DNA of 64,000 nucleotides from contig JBHGNT010000009.1 in the NCBI GenBank assembly GCA_043228905.1, forward strand, positions 10,912,001-10,976,000, written 5' to 3'. This DNA comes from Azolla caroliniana (Eukaryota > Plantae > Polypodiophyta). How positions within the stretch are numbered: the first letter of the stretch is position 1; every line of letters begins with the position of its first letter. This document shows, piece after piece, positions 11,263 to 23,448 of the stretch. Under the pieces are notes generated by a model. The model was given only the letters and a program-made list of their open reading frames with translations. It searched no databases and was not told the origin of the DNA. Position numbers and translations under genes: made by a program.

Positions 11263-14200
11263 TGACTGTCTCTAATTCGTCTCGTGTCTTCAGGCCCTTA
11301 ACCACATCAGACCATGTCTTGGTCTTGGCCTTCTCGCCCTTTTTGGCTTCATCTCCCCTTTCTTCGGCTAACTCTGGCTCTTCCCTTCAGTTGCTGCCCT
11401 TGTTTCCGGCTTCGGCTTCTTCAGCCGACATGAAATCTAATTCTTCATCCGACTCGACTTCGCGGTCACTTCCTCTCCTTTCCTACTCCCTTTTCTGGTC
11501 TTTTCTCCCCCTCAAGTTTTGCACGTCGAGGTGCCGCAAACCAAGCGCATCCGAGAATTGTCGCAACTTATCGAGACCAAGGGGTTTGGTGAAAATGTGG
11601 CAGTCTGCCGATCCGTCAGAACATATGCTAGTTCGACTTCACTGGAGAGGACATGCTCGTGAACAAAATGGTAGTGCACCTCAATGTGCTTGGTCGTAGT
11701 TGGATGTTGCTAAGGTTGTCGTAGTAGATCGTCATCGGAGTGGACACCTCCACCTGCAGATCTTTGAGTAGCCTCTTGAGCCAAATGGCTTCACATGTCA
11801 AAAGCCACTCCTTGATACTTAATGTCCATGCTCGACAATGCAATTGTCGGCTGCTTCTTGCTGCTCTAGGCGATCGCGACACTCCCAAGCGAGAAAACGA
11901 ACCCAGATGTGGATCTACGAACGTCAGCGTTTCTGGCCCAATCGGAATACGAGTAGTCAACTAGTTGTTCGGCAATACCAGTTCGATATAGCAGCGCCCT
12001 ATCCTTAGTGCTGCAGACATAGCACAATATCCTTTGCACGCACTGAAGCTGTTCGGCCGTGGGCTGCAACATAAATTGACTGATCAGGCCGACCGGGTAG
12101 CTGAGATCCGGTAGAGTGATCGTCAAATAAATTAGGCTTCCAACAATTTGAGATCGCACGCCTTTCCCGAATCTCGACGAAGCTTGACGTTCCTGCCTAG
12201 AGGAGTTCAGATGGACTTATAGTCGGCCATCCCGAACTTGAAGAGCATACTCAACACGTAATGTCGTTGGCTGATCAGTATGCCTTCGGGGTTGCGAATC
12301 ACTTCAATCCCAAGGAAGTAATGAAGGTCCCCTAGGTCCTTCATGTTGAATGATGCCGCGAGCTGGGACTTTACATGGCCGATGTCATCTGGGTTAGCGC
12401 TGACGATGACTAAATCATCAATATAAAGTAAAATACTAACCGGTCCATGTCAACCTTTCCGGACGAACAATGAAGAGTTTGATTTGGATGTCGCAAACCC
12501 CATCCAACGCGGGCGCTGCATGATCTTCATGTTCCATGTGTGTGGGGCTTGTTTTAGTCTATAGAGGGACTTCTTCAGTCGGCATACCGCAGAGGTGTTC
12601 TTTTTTAACAGAAATCCCGGGGGTTGTACCATGTACACCTGTTCCTCAAGTTCCCCTTGCAAGAATGCATTCTTTACATCCATCTAATGTAAATGCCACC
12701 CCTTTACTGCGGCTACCACAAGCAAGACACGGCCGGTTATTATCTTCGCGACCGGCGCAAAGGTCTCATCGTAGTCGAGGCTGTGTTGTTGTGCATATCC
12801 CTTCGCCACTAACCGGGCCTTGTAGCGGTTGACAGAGTTGTCGGTGTTGTAGTTGACCTTGTACACCCACCTGCATCCAATCGGCTTTATACCCTTCGGG
12901 GCATCAACCAGGTCGCAAGTTCCATTTTTCGCTAATGTGTGCATCTCTTCCTCCATTGCGGCATGCCAATTTGCATCCTTCATCGCTTTTGCGTAGCTCT
13001 CCGGCTCACACACTTCAGTCACTCGTGTCATGTACGCATAATGATGCACCATATACTCGTTGTATCCAAACCGCACCACAAGGTTCTTCTGGCGGGTAGA
13101 TCAGCGTAATTGCTCATTAGCCGATTTTGAGGCCTTCTTGGCCGACGCGGACTTTGTTTCCAAAGTTCCGTCTCCGTTCTTCTTGGAGTTGGATTCGCTT
13201 CGATCCGACTCTTCTTTATCAATGCCATACTCTGACATCTTCTTCTTTCCCTTCTCTTTGTGCGTAAACTATCTCCTCGACTTCCAACACTCGCTCTCCC
13301 TATGGCTTTTCTTGCCACAGTACCATCATTCCATGGCACGCCGCCTCGACTCCCCCTCCTTGTACATGGAGGCAGACCTGCACCATTTCTTCCTCCTCGA
13401 CGTTTACATCGATGAAGGTGAGAGAGTCAGAGATGTCCTTGATCTTGGAGGTGTAATCAGCCATTGACATATCTCGTTGTCGAACATTGCTTAACTCTTG
13501 CCTGAGTTAGAGCTTTCTGGTTGTGGTGCTTGCAGCGATCTTTTTCAAATTTCCCCAAGCATCCTTCGGCGTCCTTGCATCCCAAATGTATCTTAGAAGC
13601 TGATCGCTCACACTGGATGCGAAGCAATAGAGAACTCTGCTTGCCACTTGTTCCCAAGCTGGGAAATCTCTGTGTCGATTCGGGTGTTGCGTCATTAACT
13701 CCAGTAGCCATGCCCAAGCAGATACTAGTGCATCTTGTACGACCAAGATGCGTAGTTGCTTCTTTCGAGCTTCTCCGTTGGAAGCGAGCTAGCCATTCCT
13801 CTGTCCATTCTTTCCTTCTTCTGTTCTTCATGGTGATTAGGGTTTGTCTGTTTGTCAGCAACAGAGGATCTCAACCCTCGCGCTCTGATACCATGTAAAA
13901 GAATATGTGCGGAAACTTAAGAAATAGACCGGGTAACACAGACAAAAGACAATGAAGGTTTAATGGAAAGATTAATCAACACAACGTACGTGGGAGAGAC
14001 AGAGAGAGCAGAACACAGAAAACTTAATTTCAAACCAATACTCTAAAACTCTGTACATAGGATTTGCTCAGAGAGCACTTTTATACAAGTCCATACAGTG
14101 TCGCGGTTATCCGCGTGGATGCATAGAAATAGGACGGAACCATCGGGATCTTGGACCAAGGAGTCAGAAGAGGGGGGAAGGGAGGACCGTCACACCATCC

Positions 14201-15255
14201 AGAGAGCTATGCCGGTCCAGTTCCCGTTCGCGTATCGGATACGGAACGGTACCCGGATCACAACGGAGCAGTTCGCCGGCCTGAGGGAGTGTATCTTTCC
14301 CCAGTCAGGATGTCGGGGAGTGGCGGCAAGCGCATAGGCTCGCGGACTCATACGTGCACACAATAGATTCACAACGGGAATAAGACATTAGCTCAGACCA
14401 CGACCAATACACGACAAGTAGGAGCCACACAAAAACCCCAACAAACGGGACTCAACAAACTAATGATTAACAAAGAATCCAAAGAGTACAATCGGGCGCA
14501 CCGGCAACAACGCTTAGCGCTCTCAGGAGAGACGCACACAAACACACACACAGGGAGACAAGACAAAGAATCTCCAGTCGGGAGCACACGGGTTGCCAGC
14601 ATGAGCAAAGACTTCCTCTCCTTGTTCGAAATGGTGTAGAGCACAAGACGGGAAGAGAGAGAAAGAGGTAGGGAACTCGATGCTCAATCTTACAACACTT
14701 CCTCCTAATTCCTAGATGCTTTTTCGGTCTTCTCTCCCTCCTTTTATAGCTCAAGGAGAGAGAGAGAGTTGTTACATCAGGTCGTTAAGTCAACTGCTTT
14801 CGACACAAATTTTCTTCGATTCCCTAATGTCAAACTCCCACGTTCCTCTCTATCCATGCGGGTCTTTAAATTGCCCATTAACTCTAGTACCTAGTAATTA
14901 CTAGTCCAATGTTATTACATGTTTCACACATAAAGGCTAGTAAACTTTGTTCATCCGTGTAAACACCCATTCCTGTGCGTCTCGTTCCGTTTCACTCTGT
15001 GGCGGGAATCCTTCACAACAGATTGACAGAAGTACTGACTCGTACTTCAATGCTCACCAATGAACCCCTATACTAACTCCCAAAATATATTCCTCCGCGG
15101 AATATCTATCCTACGGCCTCCCGGTTTACGCACCGTTATGGCCTCTTGTTGTGCACCCGGGTTACGCACCGTTATGGCCTCTTGTTGCGCACTCGGTTTA
15201 CGCACCCAATCTGCGCACTGGTTTACGCACCCAATGTTGAGCTAGTATCTCAACA
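11263..15255 (-). mobile_element. Copia family A copy 3 (minus): interrupted 5' LTR, PBS, gag start joined by deletion to RT-RNaseH; 3' end lost
   Basis: 5' LTR 13894-15255, split by the insertion at 14099-15017. PBS 13882-13893, gag ATG 13808, RT/RH ORF pieces 11628-13079. PR and INT absent. Confidence 0.92.
14099..15017 (-). mobile_element. Solo LTR (919 bp), probably of the tRNA-Trp-primed gypsy group
   Basis: TG...CA termini with 4-bp TSD ACAG (14095-14098 / 15018-15021). The 22-bp TATA context CCCTCCTTTTATAGCTCAAGGA (14736-14757) is identical to 18923-18944. Confidence 0.8.
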
Positions 15256-15451
15256 ATACACAAATTTCTATTACAAAAAGGAGTACTGACATAAGTACTC
15301 TAAGCTTATTCATGAGCTCTGACATTGATTGAGCTATAATATTCCTATAGGCTTGATTCCCAAAACCTTGTGTCCTAATGGCTTATCTAACTGATCCGGC
15401 TTTCGGCTCTTTCAACCGATCTTGCTACTCGTTGAGCTTGTCATCTCAACA
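15256..15451 (-). repeat. Remnant (U3 start) of another family A-like copia LTR
   Basis: Ends GTTGAGCTTGTCATCTCAACA, the family A LTR start on the minus strand; weak similarity to the rest of U3. Confidence 0.6.
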
Positions 15452-18400
15452 CTAAACAACGATGCAAAAAATTGGATGATAAAGCAATGAAATGTATTCT
15501 GATTGGATACAGTTCTGAAAGTAAAGGCTATCATCAGTATTATCCACAGACTAAACACATTTTGGTTAGCCTTGATGTTGTTTTTGTGCGGGATGTGATT
15601 CAACCATTGCTTTAATGTAGTAAGGAGAAATTAGTTAGCTCTAGAGATGTGTATGACACTTTGTTGTATCTTTTTACAAGTGGAAAGTTAAGTTATAGCC
15701 CATGTGAGACACCTTTTCATCCTTGGCAAGCTACTGATAATGATGTAGATCATTCCATTTCTGGTGCAGACTTACATCATGCACTTACTAATGAGAGGGT
15801 TGATATAGAGGCTCGGCAAATATTGTGCCTAAATTGTTGTATAGAATTTTTGCAAGATAGCAAATTAGATGTTCCTTTGTCATATTGTACTCCTTTAGGT
15901 TCTCATAGTGCTTTTTTTGCATAAGATTGTTCTGATACCTCTATTCTTTGTGATGAGAATGAGCCTATTTATTTTGATGAAGCACAGAATTTAGAAAATT
16001 GAATGGTTGTTATGCTATTAGAATATGATGCTATTATAAAGATGTACCTTGGGCCATCTTTATGTGCCTTGCTTCCTGCCAAGAAAGCTGTTAGAAATAT
16101 GTCCCTCCTATGGGAGGAGACGACTGATCGGGCTGAGAGTTGATAGTCGAAGACAAAGAGGGGGTCGACATGGAGAGTCGACAGAATGCAAAGTGATCCA
16201 AGTCGAAGACACGACCGACTAGTCAGACCGATCGGACGATCGAATATAAGGCCGCCCAGTCGGGCCGATTGGACAGTCGACACAGGAGTTGGCTAATCAA
16301 CCAGTAGGCTGATTAACTATTATTGTTATAATAGGAATGACAGTAGCAGTGGAAACATTTGTGAATAGCCCATACAGTGTATGAATATAAATACACTTAG
16401 AGCAAACATAGTAACTGTGGTGTAGAACAAAATAGTTGTGGGCCTCTGTTGTATAGTGTGATAGAGAAGAGAGACAGTAGCAGTGGAAACATTTGTGAAT
16501 AGCCCATACAGTGTATGAATATAAATACACTTAGAGCAAACATAGTAACTGTGGTGCAGAACAAAATAGTTGTGGGCCTTTGTTGTATAGTTGTGATCCA
16601 AGTCGAAGACACGACCGACTAGTCAGACCGATCGGACGATCGAATATAAGGCCGCCCAGTCGGGCCGACTGGACAGTCGACACAGGAGTTGGCTAATCAA
16701 CCAGTAGGCTGATTAACTATTATTGTTATAATAGGAATGACAGTAGCAGTGGAAACATTTGTGAATAGCCCATACAGTGTATGAATATAAATACACTTAG
16801 AGCAAACATAGTAACTGTGGTGTAGAACAAAATAGTTGTGGGCCTCTGTTGTATAGTGTGATAGAGAAGAGAGACTGTGTGAGTGAGAGAGAGCGGCAAC
16901 AAAGTTCAGCGAACTTGTTAAGAACCCTAAGCGGTTTATCCTCTGTGTGTATCAGAGAAGATTGTAACTGCTTTCTGTATTCTCATATATAGTGGATCTT
17001 TGTTTCTCCCGTGGTTTTCCCCGCTTAGGGTTTCCACGTTAAACAATGTGTATCAGGTATTTGATGTGTTTCTGTCTTTCCGTGATATTGTCTATTCCAT
17101 AGTCGGTCCTTTCTCACGAATAACATGGAATGAAACGTGACAAAAGCTATTTGCATTAAGTGGGTATATAAGTTGAAGCGTAAACTTGATGGAACAATTG
17201 ATAGGCATAAAGCTAGCCTTGTTACGAAAAGTAATGCCTAGGAAAAAGGCATTGATTTTGATGAGACCTTTTCTCCCACCTGTCGTATGACTATTGTTCA
17301 TAGCATCTATGCAATTATAGGTCATCATGGTCGGAATGTATATCAGTCGGACATTAAAACAACATTTCCAAATGGTGATCTTCATGAGGAAGTGTATATA
17401 TTTCAGCCCCGTGGCTTTGTGCAGAAAGGGCATGAACACAAAATGTGCAAGTTGAGAAAGGCATTATATGGCTTGAAGCAAGCACCATGTTCTTGGTATG
17501 AAAAGATACATGCCTATTTGATTGCATTGGTTTTTGAGAATAATCTAAATGAAAGCAGTTTATATGTTAAGCGTGTTGATGATGTATTTCTGATCATGGT
17601 TGTTTATGTCAATGACATCTTGCTCACTGCTCCCAATGAGAAGCGCATTGCTAACTTTAAGGTTGATTTGCATGCCTCTTTTGAGATGTCCGATTTGGGG
17701 CATTTGCCTCATTCATTGGGCATTCAATTTATGCAAGTTGATGGTGGAATAGCTTTGTGTCAATTGACATACATTGACACATTATTGCATCGTTTTGTCC
17801 TTGAAGACTGTAAAACTATTGCCACTCCCATGGAGACAGGTTTACGTTTGAGCCTTTATGATGGTGGAGATTGATTTGATGTTATTCTCTATCAGCATGC
17901 ATTTGGATGCTTGATTTACTTATGCATAATTCGACTTGATATTCATATTGTTGTCTCTTAGATGATAAGGTTTATGCATTGTTGTCTCTCAGTTGGCAAG
18001 TGGTTAAGCGCATCTTTTGCTACTTAAGTGGTACCTGTTCACTTGGATTGTTTTATCTCAAGGGGAGATCACTACCGCCAGGCTTGCATGCTTTTTCTTA
18101 CTCTTATTGGGTTGGTTGCTATGACACTTGTGTGTCCACAAGTGGTTTTTGCTTCATGCTTGGTAGCTCATGAATATCTTGGTTGAGCAAGAAGCAGCTT
18201 ATTGTGGCCACTTCCAGTTGTGAGGCTGAGTATAGGGCAATTTTCACTGCTATAGTTGAGTGTGTGTGTGCCTCAGACGCCTTTTAGCTTATTTGGGTGT
18301 TCCATGCTCGCACTAAGCACATTGAGTTGCATTATCACTATATCAAGGAAAGGTTCTCCATTGGGGAGATCAATTTGGCTTCTGTGCCACACAGGAGAAC

Positions 18401-18454
18401 ATTGCAAGACTTTTCACAAAGGCTCTCCCTACATAAAAGTTTGAAGCTTTCCAC
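15452..18454 (+). mobile_element. Old Ty1/copia remnant (INT C-terminus, RT, RNaseH)
   Basis: KLDDKAMKCILIGYS; PAKKA|ICIKWVYKLK is restored across the solo LTR; KALYGLKQAP, SCEAEYR, FTKAL. Confidence 0.88.
16089..17142 (+). mobile_element. Solo copia LTR with internal duplications
   Basis: TG...CA with 5-bp TSD AAAGC (16084-16088 / 17143-17147); removing it restores the host RT frame. Related to the LTR at 49461-49990. Confidence 0.9.
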
Positions 18455-19152
18455 TGTTGCGGGTTATTTGTAGGAGTGCTTTATTGATCACATAGGGTCT
18501 TAGGACTTTTATTCGATCTAGATCTGACGTTGAACTTCAAAAGATGAGCACACAGGATCTGATTCGCAATGGAAGGGGGGAACAACACCTCCTCCGGACA
18601 CTAAAACAGAGAGTCGAATGTTGAAGCTACACAAAGAGATGGAGATAGAGAACACAAAGAGAAAATACCTGGATGCAGCAATGCCAAAATATTCAACTAA
18701 TGTATCGAAGACAGACAAGAATACAAGAATACAAGCCGAAAACAGAGCTTCGAGCTCCGCACTCACACACACCAGTGAGCCTCTAGTCAGGAGCACATGA
18801 GCTTCCTACGCGAGCAAAGGCCTCACTGAATGCAGAGAGTAGAAAACTAAAGCACTCGAGAGCACAAAATGGTAGCAACACCTTCCCCTCCAAAACGATG
18901 GATTCCCAAAATAGTTTCCCTTCCCTCCTTTTATAGCTCAAGGACATCAAGCCATTAATGACAGTCGATTCTATCAGAGATTCCTCTTGATTTTCTACCA
19001 TCATATCCTATTATTCCTTCACTTTTTGAGGGATAATAAAGTACCTATTAAACATATTCTTGTCTTGTACTTATTAACACTCTCTTTATTTACATTCGAT
19101 TGTACATTGGGCCTAGTTCACACGCATATATGCTACCCACCGTTCACACACA
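18455..19152 (-). repeat. 3' LTR of the Trp-primed gypsy
   Basis: TG..CA termini adjacent to PPT GGGGGTGGA (minus); aligns with 37750-37983. Confidence 0.85.
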
Positions 19153-20721
19153 TCCACCCCCACCAAACCGCACATCCTCCAGCATGTGCCAAGTAGTGTA
19201 GCGGTGGAGATTGCGGTCCAACCCTCAATCATCCTCCCCCGATCCGTCGCCCATCCGGTCCTCATCCAGCTCCTCGTTCCCCACCTCCGGATCCGTTTTC
19301 GCCTCTTGTCTCTTCTTGAAGTCCTTGATCCAATTCCCTATAATTGGTACCGCTATCCTCATCCCATCAAGCTCTGAGGGGTGATACGTGGCATTGTCTC
19401 GTGAACTTCCGTGTTGGTTCTCGAGGCTACTATGTAGACTAGCACCCCGTAGCCTTCTTCTATCTTCCTCGGCCTCAGTTGGTGCATCTGGTCAAATCAC
19501 TCCTTGTTCTTCACTCGCGCCTCTGTTATCTTCGCCTTCGCTCGCTCTACGGCCTCCGGTCCGCTCTCGAGTTGTCGAATCCGCACAGCTAGCAACTCCT
19601 CGTGAATCATCTCGTCCGCTCAGTCGACCGCCATGTATGATGTAATCATCCACTCCAGTAGCATGATCGGCTTTTGCCCAAACATGAGCTCTGTCAGCAT
19701 ATACCCTATTATCAAACTGTCCGTAGTTCAGTCGGCCCACAACGCATATGGTAGGAGTCGTGGCCAATTCCCCACTCCTTTGTCGTGTGCTCGCACGATC
19801 GCCTTCACAATTGGCCCATGTCCTCGCTCGACCTTTCCATTCGCCTCCAGATTATACGTTGTCGTGAGGGAGAGCTTGACCCCTAGTCGGTCGGCCATGA
19901 TCTTCCCGGTACATCCATATCGGCAAACGACATCCTCAATCAAGAACTTGCATACCGCCGCAGACATATTGTTTGTCAAGACCCGTCCTTCCACTTGGTT
20001 CGTCAGGTCTTCCTTTGCCAGGACTAGATACCTCATCTGTCCCACCCCCATCAGCATCATCATGAAATCGACCATTGACTTGAAGTGACAGGTTGGTGGG
20101 TAGGTCGGGTGCAACTCGTCACGGTGTCTGATCCTGGAATGTGCTTGGCAGCTTTCACATGTCGTCACGAAGTGCTACCGGTCATGGTACATCCCTGACC
20201 ACCAATACCGATTGCTCCCCATTTCGTATCACCACCCAGAGTGGTGTGCGATTCCACTTCTCCTTTCAGATTCAAGTCGTCTTCTTTTGGACTCAACTCA
20301 TCTCCTCCTTAGTCCACGATGCATCCGTTGTCATTGTGCTCAAGAACCTTCTAATCAGAAGCCACACCCCTTTGTAGTCTTCTTCATTAAACGTGTGCAG
20401 GGTCGGAGTGCTCCGTTTGTTCGCTCACAATCAGGCCGACTCGAAAAAATCGACTCCAACTTCCTCATCTTCTGATACCATGTCGTCCTCTCCTTCGAAC
20501 CAAGCCCTCCACAACATATCAGCCATGGTATTGTCTTTCCCGGAAATGTGTCGGATTTATGGATTCTAGGACTTAATATACCCGATCCATGTGAGCATCG
20601 TCAGATCTGAGGTAGCGCATCCAGATATCATCCCGAGGATCGGGAGACAGTCTGTCTCAATAATCACCTCCATCCCGATCAAACAATCCTTATCGGCCTT
20701 CACTACCAAAAAGATACCCCA

Positions 20722-23448
20722 TGTCAGAACCAATGATAAAAGATAGAGTGATGGAAGAAGGATAGAGAAGAATGGATGTATAAGATAGAGAAAGAAAGAG
20801 AATGGATACAAGATATGTAATGAGAGCTAAAGACTGGTGTTGATTCGAATTGATTTGAGAATACATGTATGCGCTTATTTATAGGTTCCTATAGAATAGC
20901 TTAGAGATTTCTAGAATGTTCTAGAATGTTCTAGACCTAGAATGTTCTAGAATGTTCTAGACCTAGAATGCTCTAGGACATTCTAGAACATTCTAGAATA
21001 ATCTAGAGTTTTTACAATAATCAATGTAATACAAGAAGTAGCTTTTATTGTTTCATATAACAATAAGCTATCTTAATGGTTGAGGTTTTCAAGTATGAAT
21101 TACAAGGTTCGAGGTTCAAGTCCGGGTGACGCCATAATGGTCATGTGTTCATGACACTATCCCTCCTTCGAGAACGCCGAGTGGAAGTCGGCGTTAACAT
21201 TGTTGGGCCGGGCTTGTTTGGATAGTGACGATGGAAGTCGTTGACCAGAGCTTCAGCATTACAAACGTTATCGATGGGTTCCCAAGTGCGATCACTCGGA
21301 GGATAACCAAGCCAATCAACTAGATAATAAAGCTTATTGCGCACAATCTTAGAATCGAGAATAGCAGCTACCTCGTATTCGGGGCCGTCCACAAGTTGTA
21401 CAGAAGGCGGTGGTGGCACGACACGATCAGGAATTAAAGAGGTGTGGCAAGGTTCCAAAAGAGAGCTATGAAAGACAGGGTGAAGCCGCATATGTGCAGG
21501 AAGGTTAAGACGAAATGTTTCATCATTAATCTGCGCCGTGATGACAAAAGGACCTAAGCGTTGATAGTCAAGCTTAGCACACGGTCGGGTAGTCTTGATG
21601 TGACAATGAAGCAACCATACATGGTCACCAACCTTAAACGGAGACAATAACTCGAACTGGATGTGACAATAACTCGAACTGCGCTTTTTGAAGATGTGAC
21701 AATAACTCGAACTGGATTTGTTGTAGTCGGTGGAGGTGATGCGCCGCACTAGGGTTTCGTGACACCTCGGGAAGATCCAGTATAGACCATCGAGGGTGGT
21801 TGCCGGTGTAGGCAAAGAAAGGTGTAACTTTGGTAGAAGAGTGGACCGTGTTGTTGTATGCAAACTCAGCAAGATGTAAAATTTTACTCCAATCATCTTG
21901 TTGATAACTAATGAAACATCGAAGATATTGCTCGAGCGTTTGATTTGTGCGCTTTGTTTGTCCGTCAGTTTGTGGATGATAAGCCGAAGAGAGTTTGCAA
22001 GAGATTTTGAGGCCTGCCCATAGGTGCTTCCAAAAGTGTGAGATAAATTGAGGACCTCGATCGCTAATAATATCATTCGGGAGACCATGATGGCGAAACA
22101 CTTCACGCATAATGAGATCTGCAGTTTCTTCACTATTGATGGTCTTTACACATGGTACAAAATGTGCCATCTTGGTGAACCAATCCACTACTGTTAAAAT
22201 AGTATCAAAGCCTTTGGAAGGTGGCAGATCCGTAATGAAATACATAGAAATAGATTGCCATGGCTTGTTGGGAGGGGGTAATGGTTGTAGTAAGCCATAT
22301 AAGGGTGATGCCGGGGTATTTTGGCGCGACAGCAGGTGTCACAAGTGCGAACATAATCTTCGACAAATTTTTGCAAGTGAGGCCACCAAAACGAACGTTT
22401 CACCAGCTCAATGGTCTTGGAAATACCAAAATGTCCAGCCATGGGGGCATCATGACAATATTCCAACACTTGAAGTCGGGGTGATCCGTCGGGGACGTAA
22501 AGGAGATTCTTGTAGAAGAGTAAACCATCTTGCCACTTGAAGTCCTTATAATGTTGAGATGACCCTGGCAATGTGGAGCAAGATGGACGACTTGAACCAC
22601 AGTGGACTAAGACATCCTTAGCAAAATCATCCGAATGAAGTTGTTGCCGAATAGTGTCAAGAAGGGTAGAATCAAGTGGTGTGGCATAAATTGTTGTTAC
22701 CTGTAGCTTTGATGGCCCGAGGAGAGTTTGCTTTTGATTGTCAAAGGCCGGATCTCCAGGTCGAAGTGCTAGATACGAACGCCGAGATAGAGCATCTGCT
22801 TTCCCTTGTTGTTTTCCGGGGCGAAAAATGATCTTGAAATCGAAACGCGTTAGAAATTGGGCCCACCGAGCTTGTCGTCTATTTAATACTCGAGCTGTTT
22901 GAAAATATGTGAGATTTTTGTGATCACTATAAATGATAATCTGATGAGGTGATCCTTCTAGAAAATGACGCCATTGCTCGAATGAGTTGACCATAGCTAG
23001 TAACTCCTTGTCATGCACCTCATAGTTTATCTCCGAACACCAGTCTTTAGCTCTCATTACATATCTTGTATCCATTCTCTTTCTTTCTCTATCTTATACA
23101 TCCATTCTTCTCTATCCTTCTTCCATCACTCTATCTTTTATCCTTGGTTCTGACAGTTTGATTCGAATTGATTTGAGAATACATGTATGCGCTTATTTAT
23201 AGGTTCCTATAGAATAGCTTAGAGATTTCTAGAATGTTCTAGAATGTTCTAGACCTAGAATGCTCTAGGACATTCTAGAACATTCTAGAATAATCTAGAG
23301 TTTTTACAATAATCAATGTAATACAAGAAGTAGCTTTTATTGTTTCATATAACAATAAGCTATCTTAATGGTTGAGGTTTTCAAGTATGAATTACAAGGT
23401 TCGAGGTTCAAGTCCGGGTGACGCCGTAATGGTCATGTGTTCATGACA
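20722..23448 (-). mobile_element. Chromovirus (Tcn1-like Ty3/gypsy), internally deleted: end of RH, INT, chromodomain; two LTRs
   Basis: 5-bp TSD CCCCA (20717-20721 / 23449-23453). 3' LTR 20722-21156, PPT at 21157-21170. INT HDAPMAGHFG...CDTC, SDRGPQF, GPF motif; chromodomain EYEVAAILDSK..YYLVDWLGYPPSDRTWEP. Rearranged 5' LTR 23036-23448. Confidence 0.95.
20909..21007. promoter_or_regulatory. Heat-shock element (nGAAn/nTTCn) array in chromovirus LTR U3; second copy ~23227-23299
   Basis: TTCtaGAAtgTTCtaGAAtgTTC and further repeats lie 25-125 bp upstream of TATAAATA (20876-20883, minus). Function is inferred from the consensus match only. Confidence 0.7.
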
